Source: the human T2T-CHM13v2.0 reference genome, Homo sapiens. From it: 64,000 nucleotides of DNA. The position numbers and the translations under genes are program-made. Shown here in pieces: positions 1 to 12,809 of the stretch (the first letter of the stretch is position 1; each line of letters opens with the position of its first letter). A model generated the notes under the pieces. That model did no database searches, was not told the DNA's origin, and saw only the letters and a list, made by a program, of their open reading frames with translations. Location: assembly GCF_009914755.1 (NCBI RefSeq), contig NC_060926.1. One strand, given 5' to 3'.

Positions 1-3000
1 GATTTCTTAAAAAGGGATCTTGATGATGTGTAGTTTTCATTTATCATGATTTTTAGGAGTAGCTGGCCTCAGGTTCCAGGAATCCTAAATACACTTATCC
101 TGTCTGGAATCAGCTTAAAAACTTTAACATGTCAAAAATCAAAAAAGAGAAGGTTACAATAAGTGTTAAAATATTTTTTAAAGTCATGCTGATTTACTTT
201 TACTTATATGAAGATTATAAAATGAATTGTATTGTTTTCCGAAGGTAATATTGCTGGCAAATGTTATCACGTACATACATTTGATGATTTATTACTTAAA
301 AGGTAAATTTAATTTTCATTTATGTTTTTCAAGAGAAAAAATAGATGAACACAACATCAGCAAAGAGGTATATTCGTGTGCATTTTCATAAATAAGAAAA
401 ATGCACAGTATAGATAAGATTTTGCTGATTTATTTTTGCCTGCTTCATGCTCCATGAAACTTTATAATTGTGTATAAATATATTGCAAGAGTTAAAATTA
501 TGTTTTCAAATATGGCAAGGTATTCCAACATGTTTTACTTGGAGGATGAAGAATTCTAAATTCATTTTCTTTAAAAAAATGAATTATGCTATATAGATTT
601 GTTTCTATAGTTTTAAAAAATGTAAATGCAGAAATGACCTTTGACAAAAATATATATAATTTACCCTCAGTAATAAGTAATTTAAGTGGTATTTCCAAAC
701 GAAGCAAATGTCACGATAATAAACATATATATGAAGGCTTTTAAAGAATCCATGATATCTTTACTATCTGAATGCTCAATTTGTCAATTTTTTTATATTT
801 ATAATTTTAAAATCCATATGAAAATATACTACACCATGTAAATGTTTAGTTCAGTCTATGGCTACATCAATAATCCTTAAAATACCTTTCTTTCCTGCCA
901 AATTTATAAGATTTGCTTTATATTGCGTATTTTATTTCTATACTTAAAAAATCATGCAGCAGTTAATAAATCTTCTTCAGAAGAATTAAAGTGTTTTTTT
1001 CTGCTGGCATTCTTTGCCCTCTAAGCTCTCAGCACCTTTCTTGAATCTTAGACGCCATTTTACATGAGGACAATTTCTAAAAAGCAAAATACAACTGTCT
1101 AATTAAGGGCTGTATGATTGGCTAGTTCGCGGTCTCTGTGACAGTTGTGACAAATACACATATTGGCACAGCCCTAACCTCACTTCACAGTTTGCAACAC
1201 AAAGATGGTATTTTCAGAAATGTGGAGAACACTCTGATACAAAGCTTCACCTTGTCTAGTGCTATTCCATTTAATTTTTTATTAACTGCCTGAACATATG
1301 CCATTCTAGAAGAGGGTAATAGTTACAAAATGTCAGCAGAAACATTTAAACTGCTAAAATGTAAATGATTTTATAAATTTGTAATGAAAGGTAATTGTCA
1401 TGTGGGAAAAGTAACAGGAAAACAGACAAGTGTAAATGTAAAACTGGTAAAGAAAAAATACATCTTATTGGTTGTAGGTAGGAAAACCTAAGTATATTTT
1501 AATGAGTACTGTAAGTAGTATTTAAATAAAATTAGATTCATACACAGAAAATGTGAATTCTATAATATTTTATTTTATAACATTAGGAAAGTTCATAACA
1601 ATGACAAGAACTCATAGAACTTTAATGTGTTAAATTCAGAAAACAGTAGGACATTAAGATGTTTCACCTCATTTAAAAAAACAAATAAATCAAAAAAGGA
1701 TAATATAAATAAAAAGTGTCTTTGGTATCAGCACAATAGCTTTAAAGCACAATATTCAAATATGATTAGTGTGTTTCCTTAGTTTCCACCACAGTGAAAA
1801 ACAATTTAGTGATTAATCCCTTTAGCAACATAGTGCTGGGTCAGTGCTTTCAGATATGTCAAGAACGAGAAGACTCCGGCAAGGAATTGAGTATTTCCTC
1901 AGCCACCACACACAGCAACCACCTTCCAGTTAGGTTTGCGGGCAACCATCTTTAAATGCTTGAGCTGTTCTGCGTGGCCATGACAAGATTTGCAATTCTC
2001 TACGTTTATTTACACACCATCACCCCAACTAGACATCACATGGAAGTGGCATGGTCACAGCTGACCCCAGGGTAGTCCCTGTCTCTGCCGATCCAATTTC
2101 ATCGTGCTCTGCAATTGAACTGCAGTCATACTGTAGAGGATGTATGCACAGGACTCCGTGCCACAATAAAATTAGCAGAAGCTTGTCAGGGGGCATTTTT
2201 CTGTTTTACAGTGACAGACCCTGGACAAATAGGTCTGCTTTCCAGAAATCCATAGAGGTCTGGCTCTCTTGAAATGTATATGAGCCCAGCATGTTTATGT
2301 CACTGTTCTATATGGTAAGCCTGTTACATGATAGTTTGAGAACAATGTGAAGCCTTTGCGCTGTATTTTCCATTTCCTCTTCACAGTTTTCAGGGGCTTT
2401 AAATTACATATGAATAGACTACTTATTTTCGGTTTGTAGAAAAACAGCTTCTGTTTAGTAGCAGTAACTGAGGAAAAAATGCATTTTTTCTTCAGGAAAA
2501 AAATGCAGCACAGATCTATTGTATGTTGAAAGCAAAAGTTCAGATAGAATTTTTTTTGTAGTTTGATAAGAGTAGATAAATCAAACATCAAAAGTCTCTT
2601 TCCTGAACCCTCATTGTACCTGTAAAATTAGGTATATCAAAAGGAAAATCTGTGTAAGAGTATACATTTAAAGTATACTTGCAAATAAATTTGAAAGATT
2701 ATTTCTTTAAGATAAAATGTTAAAAGAATAATATGGTAAATAGATACATTTTAGTTGTGGGTAGAACACTTTAAAATATAATATGTTTTGTAATCGACAC
2801 TAAAGTAATTTTGTTAGATATTCTGTGCAGTTCTTACATCAAACATTCTCAAAAGCCCTGGGATCATTTTATATTCACTGGAAGACAGAAAGAAATCCAA
2901 AACCTAGTTAAATAAATTGTTCATTTATTCCTTCCCTTTTATGCACCAAGATCTACATGTGGTCATTAATTATAAAGAGACTATTATAGCACCATATTTT

Positions 3001-6000
3001 CATTCAATACGATGTCCTGGTATATATCAAAGAAGTCCCATAATTAAAACAGAAGGGCCACAATGACAATTAAAATTACAATCTATATGGGGAAAGAAAG
3101 TACAGTTCTGCAATTTTTCACCCTGTCACTGTCAGCTGCATGGAATATTCTGGTCACGTCTCTTGCAAAGCAGCCTAAATTCTTCTTCACCAATGCAACC
3201 TCAAAAGCATTATCAGCACCTAAGCAAAAGCCTGTGCAAGTATAATTTAATACGAAGCCACAGTTTGCAAGTAATAGCGTATAAAGTGATATTTAAGTGG
3301 TGTTTTAAGCACACTTCTGATGGCTACAGCCTCTTTTCCCTGGTAAATGCGTTTTCCTTTGAGTAGTGATTATGAGTCCTAGGTGAAGAGGTCCTGTGTG
3401 CAGGTCTGTCTGTAAGCCTTACTTCCAGCTGCCAATCTTTACTTCACAGTGAAGAAAAAGCCACATAGCACCTTGTTCTTACTCTTGTATGCTGTCATCC
3501 CCTGAGCCTGATAACACAAAATCATTTCCACGTAACACTTTCCTGCTTCTGCCTCTTAAACCTTGAGACCTACACATTGTGCATGCACTTGCACCCTTGG
3601 CAACCGGCTCCCAGGAAGCCCCTTCTTTTGAACCATCAGAGTCTTCTAACGGACTATTTTTAACACTTATCTTGGTAAATATCTGCATTAATGGAGTACA
3701 AAGCTTTTTGGTAGCAATATGTATTTGCTACAATTTATTGTCTATAAAAGTCACGAACAGTGAATTATTACTCTCAAAATTGTGTTTTTCTTTATAATAA
3801 CTTTAAACTGAGCGCTCATATATGAAGCATGCAATGGAGATTGAGAAGGTTTTGTATAATAAAACTGTGACATGGTCATTTTTTCCAGTTTTGCATTACG
3901 GAGACACACTCATGCATGGTGCTTTTTAAATTCTTATTATGTGTGAGGTCAGGGGGTCGAATGTCAGAAAGTACTGTTAATTTCACGGGGTTAGGGGAAA
4001 GTAAATTCAGAGGGAATACAGATCACTTAGCACAGAAAACCAGCTCCTCTGAAGTTTGGTTTTACATTTGTTAACCATATCCTTCAGCTGACGAACCATT
4101 GAGACCACGGTGACATTCTGGTCCCAGATATAATGGCTTGACATGCTGCAGTGAGAGTGTGATTCCGTCGCCCTGCTCCCGTGCCAGCCTCAGCCTTCCT
4201 CTGAATCAATGAAGCACTAAAACTCCACACAACTGGAACTGAACAAAGCATGTTGCCATTTTGGCTGTGATGTTTAAATTATAGAGAAAGCAGTCAGGAT
4301 GTCTTAAAGTTCAATCTGACAAGAAATGTAAAATATATTTCTGTCTTCATTCTCTGGGAAGGTAGCATCTCATCCTGCACAGTATCACTACCCAGAATCC
4401 TTTTAAAGTGGTTTGTAATAGAACATCAAAGACGAAATTTTTGCATTTCAGGGTTTTCTGCCTAATCAAAAAGATATCTTGGCGTTGGGCAAAGCTTCTG
4501 GGGGAAAATAGTATCATAGATAATAATGCCTTATTCAGTTGGTGGTGTAAAGATATAGTTTCTTTATTTTACCTGTTTGTCTTGTAAGACAAAATTAACA
4601 TGCCGGCACACATATAGGAGGCATGGGTTATACAACTAACTACCAATAATGATGAGTTAAAATAGCCCATTTTATGGTGATGATAGCTGAATAATAATCA
4701 AAATATGTTGTCGTGTGAGGACTGTGAACATGTTGAACTCTGATAAAATGTGCAATTTTATTTACAAATAGTTCACCAAAGCTGTAGAAACAGATGCTGA
4801 TAGGTTTGGTTGGATGGTTTTGTTTTTATTCATTTTTTAAAACAAGATTTTTCAGATTCAAAACTCAAACGGGGCTCAGCTGCCCCCTTATAATTAAATT
4901 TTAATGACTTAGGCTGAGTGTTTGTGTTTTGGCAGCATGCTTAATAGTGTTAGCATTTAAATGGTTACAACTCGACTTTGAGGGGTAGACCCATTGCAAG
5001 TGGTCAGTGAAGTTCTTGGAAAGATAGCCTGGTTTACTGGGATGCTTCTGGGATTTAGTGGGACAGCTACCCACAGGCCATCCAGTTATAATAACTTGAA
5101 AAATTAAAATAAAATACTACATACTCTAAATTCCACAGTAGCCTGAGGGCCAATGCTTTTCAGTTTCAACTCTTTTTCACTAGAAGTACTATTCTGTGTG
5201 TTTTCCTATGCCAAAGGGTGCACTGGTAAATAAAAGCAATATGTGGTACTGCTCATAAAATCACTCATACTCACAAAATGGCAAGAATAATTCAGGGTAC
5301 ACATTTTAATCAGTTCACTTTTTTTTTTTTTTAAAAGAATCATTATTAACTTTGCAGTGGTGTATTTCACTGGTTCCTTTTATAATTAAAAACTTTTTCC
5401 CCTCAAATTCCCTTTCCAGCAAGCAGCCTGTTGCCTGAAGTTTTACTCCTTCATTACCAGTTAAAACAAAATCACCAATTAGGCACATGAACACGTCTGT
5501 ATTAATCTCATTAAGGTGATAGCACCAAATAAATTGGAACTATTTTTGTGCTTTTACTGTGTTCCTATGGCTTTATCAGGCCCTGTGGTCATATACAAAG
5601 ACCTCGCAGCTTAGTCATTTAGAGTCATTCGGTTGTGGACTGAATGTGGCATTACCATCTATGGCTGAAAATTGCTTTCAGCTTTTCAACTGCACTGACT
5701 AGTCTGTAGTTAATCTTAGATCATTCACTCGCAAAATTAAATGAGCCAGAACGATGGTCTTTTTTTTATATAAAATAATACATCACAAAACACTTATTTG
5801 CCCTGCCCAAAAGAGAGATCAAATTCATTTAAAATCCCATAAACCAGAGTTGTGAATTTTTAATTTTATTTAGTAGCAGAGAAATAGAGGGTAAGCTATC
5901 TTTCTACAGCACATCATTGCTATAATTTTACATATAGAACATGGTTTGAAGCTTAACCAACCTTTAATCTATCTTTGATGTATACTTCTACTTCAACATG

Positions 6001-7799
6001 GTCATGTGACACCCTTATTAATGCAAATGTAAAAAAGACTGTTTTGGATCTCTGATGTAATTAGCCATAAACTACCTTAAAAAAATGTGCATACTTGAGT
6101 CACTGGAGTTGCATATAAAGTTCACAGTTATCATCACAGAAGAATAACCTTAAGAAACTAAGTTTAAAATTTTTACTTCATTCATTCCTACATTTTCTTC
6201 CCAAGTAACTATTGAAGGCCATTTTACTACACCAGTGATAGTTAACTAGGATATGACTTCCAAATAACTAGTTTTATTGGAGTAAAGCATTTTAACTTTT
6301 CCAGGATTTTTATCCTACTTCTTGTAGAACTAAAATCACATTGACAGAAAAATGCCAAATGAGGCAAGGGGAAACACAGTGTTTCTCACCCTGATTATCA
6401 TATATCATAATGATTTCAAACACGTCATCTTTGCAATGAAGCCACTGAGCGTGTGTGCTGCTGTTTGTTCCTCCCTCCCTCCCCACTAGCCTAGCCCCAC
6501 AATACAAGCCAAGTGTCTATGTTTTGATTTTGACAGTCACTAATTTTAGGCTCCGAAAACCTTGAGCCACCACAAATGAGGTGAGGTCACCTCATAATGC
6601 CAGAAGGAGGCAAAAAGTTTGGATATTTGAGGGCCTGACCCAGTGAGTCCCACAGTGGATGGCAGGACGCTAAGGTCAGATATTGGAAAATAAGGTTCAT
6701 GTTACTCTGTCAGTAGGGCCTGTGCAAGCTGCCTGTTTGACAGAGAAGGCCGTGTATGGTCTGGATCTCAAGAAAAAGGAAGGCAGCCACCCAGATCAAA
6801 AATTATCCTGTCGGCCATCCAAAAGCGATTCTGACATCAGCTTAGGGAGACAGAAATAAAATGGTATCAAACACCAATTAAAATTGTACTTTATTCTGGG
6901 ATAGTCAAGAGAAATTCATGGATCTATCTCAATATTATGAAAGTCCTTTTATTAAGAATACAATTGCCAAAGTCACATTGGTGACATCTCTATTCTTACC
7001 ATATGTTGCAAGTATGCATGACTCGAACTGTGCAATTCTGTACAATTCATTTTTTAAAATATAGTTTAAACCATAAGTGCAAAATATAGTGTTGCATAGG
7101 AGTTATAAGTTTCATAAGCTTAAAAACAATACAAAAATGTATTTCTGTTTGAATATAATTTTTAACTTAGACAAAAGCAAACTGATTGAAATTAACCAAA
7201 GCCACTCATTGGTTATGTAATCATTATGCTAATTATAATCATGTCTTTCTTTTTCATTTGTAATAATTTAGAAAAAAAAAGATTTTGTGACCAAAACATT
7301 ATGCCCATTTTCATTGAGGCTGTTCTACCTGTCTTGAAAACTTTCTTGATAGTGCTTGATCTGATTCTAACTAAAGCAGTGCTTTTTAAATCTCATAGTA
7401 TTGCCACTTTAAAACAGATATTAGCTTTATATTTTTCAATAATTTTTAATGTCTTATAGGGACTTAAATCTATCAAGATTTGTCCCTTTTCTAAGGATAT
7501 GGGTGAAGGAAAAGATAGATATATAGTTTTAAATATATATTACCCATATATAAGGTTACTATTCTAAATACTGCACAGTATTAGTTTTCGTATCTCAAGA
7601 AAAAAAATCTGCATATTGTTGTTTATTCTGTGAAATATTCCTTTTTTTTAATAGCCTGAACCAAATAATTTCTCATTTTTACAGGCTTCACTTCACTTTT
7701 CTCACAGTGAATAAATTGCAACTTATTTCCATGAAATTCACAGATGACACAGATCTTTATTTTGCATAAAGGCATAAAGAAGTGTCTAATATCTTCAAT

Positions 7800-8450
7800 A
7801 TTCATCTGCTAAGTGGACATTTGCATTGGGTTAGAACGGAAAAAGAGCCCCAACCCTCCCGCAGTGACAGCTGTACAAAGGGATGACATCTGACAGCTGT
7901 GACAGTGCTGAAGGGAAACTCAGATGACTCGCAGCATCCATGATCCAATTACAGCACACATCCCTCTGACAGACCCAGCAGCTTGACTCCAGCGTTTGGA
8001 AGGACAGTATTGATCTCTTGTCAGAAACCAGTTGCCTGCCTGCAATTGTGCGCTGCTGAACTTTGAAAAGCTATAGTACCCTCTTAAATGATAGGGGCAG
8101 TCAGGTTATAGTATTCAGGTACAAAGAGAGGTGCAAAGGGTATCTGCTAAATGCTCTAAACTTGAACAAATCATAACAATATGACAGTCCAATCATACTC
8201 AAGGAGCCCAGCTGATCTAGCTGGCTACTGTCTGTGCTAATGGAAAGACAGCTCTTTGTGTTTAGTGGGATGATCTTACTTGATGAAAAGGCCACTGCAA
8301 TTAGTGCATGCTGGTTGGCTGTGCTGGGTGACAGCAGCATGGATGGTACAATGGCAGCTGCCAATAACCCTAACTTCAAGAAAGCAGACAATTAGGCCTT
8401 TGATCCTAACACTGTTAGTCCCTCTACTCCAGACCTCTGCTTGGCTTTTA
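7800..8450. promoter_or_regulatory. Candidate developmental enhancer / conserved non-coding element with TALE (MEIS/PKNOX/TGIF) motif cluster
   Basis: TGACAG at 7865, 7891, 7900, 7967, 8182 and 8329; TGACAGCTGT twice; CCAATCA at 8189; non-repetitive and GC-richer than flanks. Confidence 0.55.
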
Positions 8451-8559
8451 CTGTAAACCTCACAAGGGCAATGTGGTACAACCTCCCCAAACAGAACAAC
8501 TTGGCCAAGAGGTCAATTACCTTTCTCCTCTTGCCTTGTGGTCCCGCCTTCTGTAAGGG

Positions 8560-8594
8560 AAGAGACAGAGAGAAAGAAAGAAAGAAAGAAAGAG
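8560..8594. repeat. (GAAA)n/GA-rich microsatellite
   Basis: agagacagagagaaagaaagaaagaaagaaagaga. Confidence 0.85.
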
Positions 8595-8994
8595 ATAGAC
8601 ACGTGTAAAATGTAACAAGCAAATAAATATATATTTATTTCAACTACCATTTAAAGGAAGCTAATATATAAGCATCCATGATTTAAGATGCAAAACTTTA
8701 AAAGGAATTTTTAAAAACAGGGTTGTATAAACAAGATACTAAATTTTAAAATAGAGCTATCTAATGACAAATGATCTAAAAGTGCATGTTTAAAAATTAT
8801 TAAACTGCTAGAATAATTAAAGGTTATCTCTAGTTTATTTTCAGGATTGGATAAAGATAGATGAAATTTTCTGAAGACTTAGAGCTTACACAAAACTTAC
8901 AAAGTAAATTTTTTTGGCACTCTTTATCAAATGCAGTCCCAAAGCAGGTAAAAAAATTAGATAGCTGTAAAACAAGTTAACTGCTGAAGCACGT

Positions 8995-8995
<1 letters not shown>

Positions 8996-9027
<32 letters not shown>
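8996..9027. repeat. (CA)n microsatellite
   Basis: About 16 uninterrupted CA units. Confidence 0.95.
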
Positions 9028-9028
<1 letters not shown>

Positions 9029-9350
9029 TATACCAGTATAGACAAATATATGATTAGAAAAATAAAGTCTGTATCAGCCTTAGAGAGTTTGTAATGGATT
9101 GGACATAATAGTAAGACTGGAAAACTGACATGATATAAAACATTAGAATATTTTTCAAAGAGACAGTGTTAAATAACAGCGTAGTATTATTAAAAGATAA
9201 AATTAGGCATGGAAACAAGGATTTCAGAAATGAACAGAGAACTAGAGATTTTTAAAAAGCATAAAAATATAAACTTTGGAAGAGCTTTAAAACAGAGAAA
9301 AACAGATATAAAAGTATCTAAGATAGCAGCAGACACAGAAGCCATGTGTT
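9028..9350 (+). repeat. Left arm (probable source) of ~325-bp inverted duplication
   Basis: Reverse complement of 10444-10766, essentially ungapped, about 89% identity by hand alignment. Confidence 0.93.
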
Positions 9351-9364
9351 TCAGAAATATAAAT

Positions 9365-9765
9365 CTTTAATACACATAAAAAGATGCCATGCTCACTCAC
9401 ATGTAAATGAATGCTAATCAAAGCGGCATATGAGATTGCCCAAATATAAACTGGACAATACAAAATCAGGGTGTGGACAGACAGGCATCCTCTTCTTCTG
9501 GAAGTATAAATTGTGGCAGACTTTCTTGAGGTTAATTCAGGAATATCTCCTACCCAAAATCCATGTTACTTTAAACATATACAAAATTCATCACTGCACA
9601 AAGATTTATGTGCAAGAATACTCATTGCAACATTGCTTTTAATGAGAAAAAAATGAAAACAATCTATCCAATCAGAGAAGATCGGTTAACTATATCATGA
9701 TACACATGGAATAATACATAGCCAATAAAAAAGAATTAGGTGGATTTATATAAGCAGATATAAAA
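9365..9765 (+). mobile_element. Old L1M (L1ME-like) ORF2 end / 3' fragment
   Basis: Degenerate L1 3' motifs (aaagatttatgtgcaagaatactcattgcaacattg; catggaataatacatagccaataaaaaagaat). Confidence 0.6.
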
Positions 9766-9770
9766 ATATA

Positions 9771-10109
<339 letters not shown>

Positions 10110-10141
10110 TAAAGTATAAGTATACTTTAAAATATATTTTA

Positions 10142-10429
10142 GGCTGGGCACGGTGGCTCACACTTATAATCTCAGCACTTTGAGAGGCCAGGGAAGGCAG
10201 ATCACTTGAGGTCAGGAGGTGAAGACTGGCCTGGCCAACATGGTGAGACCCCGTCTTTACTAAAAATACAAAAATTTGCCGGATGTGGTGGCACACACCT
10301 ATAGCAGGAGAATTGCTTGAACCCTGGAGGCAGAGGTTGCAGTGAGGCAGAGGTTGAGATCTCGCCACTGCACTCCAGCCTGGGCAACAGAGAGACTCCA
10401 TCTCAAAAAAAAATTAAAATAAAAAAAAA
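10142..10429 (+). mobile_element. AluS with internal ~24-bp deletion and 13-bp duplication
   Basis: ggctgggcacggtggctca...actccatctc plus A tail; atcccagctactcgggaggctgag missing after 10303; gaggcagaggttg at 10327 and 10344. Confidence 0.93.
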
Positions 10430-10443
10430 GTATACTTTAAAGT

Positions 10444-10766
10444 AACACGCTGGTTCTGGGTCTGTTGCTATCTTAGATACTTTTATATCTGTTTTTCTCT
10501 GCTGTAAAGTTCTTCCAATGTTTATATTTTTATGCTTTTTAAAAATCTCTAGTTCTCTGTTGATTTTTGAAATCCTGGTTCCCATGCCCAATTTTATCTT
10601 TTAATAATACTACACTGTTATTTAACACTTTTTCTTTAAAACATATTCTAATGCTTTATATCATGTCAGTTTTCCAGTTTTGTCATTATATCCATTCCAT
10701 TAAAAATTATCAAAGACTGATATAGACTTTATTTTTCTAGTCATAAATTTGTCTTTACTGGTATAA
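10444..10766 (-). repeat. Right arm (probable inserted copy) of inverted duplication
   Basis: Reverse complement of 9028-9350; lies between two copies of TATACTTTAAAGTA (10431, 10819). Confidence 0.93.
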
Positions 10767-10861
10767 AGCATACTTATACCCAAACAACTATTCATATATG
10801 TATGTTTCCCTGTATACTTATACTTTAAAGTATACTTCTAAAGTTTACTTTATATTATTTT

Positions 10862-11097
10862 ATACAGAAAAACATACATATATGAATGATTGTTTATGCA
10901 TTTGTATATACGAATACTTATAAGAGAGAGATATATATATGCGCTTTATGTATCTTAGCATTTCTAGAAATACAAACAAGAAACTGGTAAGAGTGGTTAT
11001 CTGTCATCGATTGGGATGGTAAGGAGAGTTAACTTTTAGTTTATATTACCTGGCACTATTTGCATGTATGTGTATTATTTTGATAATAATTTCTTAA
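10862..11097 (+). mobile_element. L1ME-like 3' UTR fragment, probably continuing 9365-9765
   Basis: aagaaactggtaagagtggttatct...ggagagttaactttt resembles the L1ME3/4 3' end. Confidence 0.45.
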
Positions 11098-11789
11098 ACC
11101 AGTGAATTTAAAAGTTTTTGTGTTAATCACCTCTGGCTGCTAAATATGACTATCCATGACAGTTGTTCATATAGATGGGGGACACACTCAGTAGAAAAAA
11201 TGGTACATTCCCTAAAAGTATTGTACATTTAGAGATTTAAAATTGTTGAGATAGAGCTCCAAGAATTTATACTCTTCATTCCTTTAGTAAACAGACATCG
11301 ATTGAAAGTCATATTTTATGGTAGGTTGAGACCATGAAGTGTAATTAGTAGTGTTCCTTACCACGAGAATCTTTTGTCTAAAAGTACAGAACAATGAAGA
11401 ATGCTGAGTACCATTACCATGAGAGATATAAGCACAGGTGGTTTAGGGTACATAGATGCAGACTTATTCCAAGTACAGGAAGTTAAGGAACTATTTCCAG
11501 CAGAGATGATGCTAGATTGAAGTATTTGATGGCAAATATGGTCAACCAAGTGAAACAAATTAGTAGGCCTTGGATTTGAAGTACAGGAAACAGCATGGGC
11601 AAATGAATAAGGGAAGATTTAGGCAGTACAGCATGACTATCCATTAGAGAGCAAACAGATTAGTGGTGAGAGATGGGTCTGAAGAGGAAAGTAGACATTT
11701 CAAGGGGTAAGAAGAAGGGTGATAAATGACCTGCATATTTTCTGAATTTTTGCGTTTATTAAGATGGTATAAAGATGCAGTCGTTAAGT

Positions 11790-11942
11790 ATGCTGAAAAA
11801 TAAGAATTACCTGGACTCCATGTAAAAAGAAGCAAATTCTTGAGGCCTGACTCGAACCTGCTAAGTTAAACTGATGATCTGTTTGTGTAACAAGTATCCT
11901 GGATGATTGCTAATATCCAACAAGTTCAGAAAACATTGGTTG
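11790..11942. mobile_element. MER5-like hAT-Charlie fragment
   Basis: gaattacctgga...gcaaattctt...taacaagtatcctggatgatt...aagttcagaaaacattggt. Confidence 0.45.
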
Positions 11943-12809
11943 AAGGTTATAACTTAATATCTTTTATATTATTATCTTTAGCCCAAATTTAATCCAGCTG
12001 AAAAAAACAAGCAACCTAAGTTTAAAAACTCCATCTTTGAAATTATGTCTCTAGTGACAAATATTAAGTGAAATAAAGGACACAAAATCTTAATTCCAAC
12101 AAGACCATATTATGACATAGCTTTTAATTTATTTGATGAATACGTCTTAAAAATTTATATTCCTTGAAAGCATCTAGTAAACCTCTATTCATCTGAATTC
12201 TCAGTATAATTGATTATTAATCAAAATTATAAGATAAATATTTTAGACTAAATTATTCGGCTATAAAAATGAAAAAGGGTATATATTATAAAATGCTTTT
12301 GAAATACAGTTATATTTTATGTTTTATATATATATTTATGCATATTACCTTTTTTATTTATTTTCAATCTTAATTTCCTTAAACCTTTGAATTTTGTGTT
12401 CTGACTCTAAAATACATTAAATTTTATTAATATTAGTTTTACTGTATGCGCTAAACAGTTGGATAACTTTACCAATAGTAATTGACTTTATTTTAATAAC
12501 ATCTGTTTCCTATAAGTCCGGAAATACAGATCTCTTACAGCTAAACCACAGCAAAGAAACAAAAAATGTATCTCTAGCTTCATTATAGGCCTCAAAAAGG
12601 TGTGTTTGTTGGTTTGAGCATTATGCTTCTATGGTCTAATTCTAGGCATTGATCTCCTTGTGGATCATTTAACTTTGTTCTGCTCCATTTCAAAAACTGT
12701 GCCCTTAAACATGTTCATCTCTCAAATACCTGTCATTGGTCAGAAGGAAAATGAAGAAAGAGTGTGGATGGTTTTATTAAAAAAAAAAAAAACTATTCAA
12801 TTTAATTAA

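Noticed and set aside
1854-1933. Possible 80-nt exon (tttcag|...ag|gtttgc) with one open frame
   Set aside because: Weak polypyrimidine tract and donor, no recognisable peptide, no partner exons
3479-3797. Overlapping 69-aa and 72-aa ORFs, with minus-strand GTAAG donors nearby
   Set aside because: Short, non-ATG starts, no homology recognised
8101-8622. Two adjacent in-frame minus ORFs (96 and 76 aa), the first with a signal-peptide-like start
   Set aside because: Non-ATG starts, separated by a stop, one runs through a microsatellite; better explained as GC-richer non-coding element
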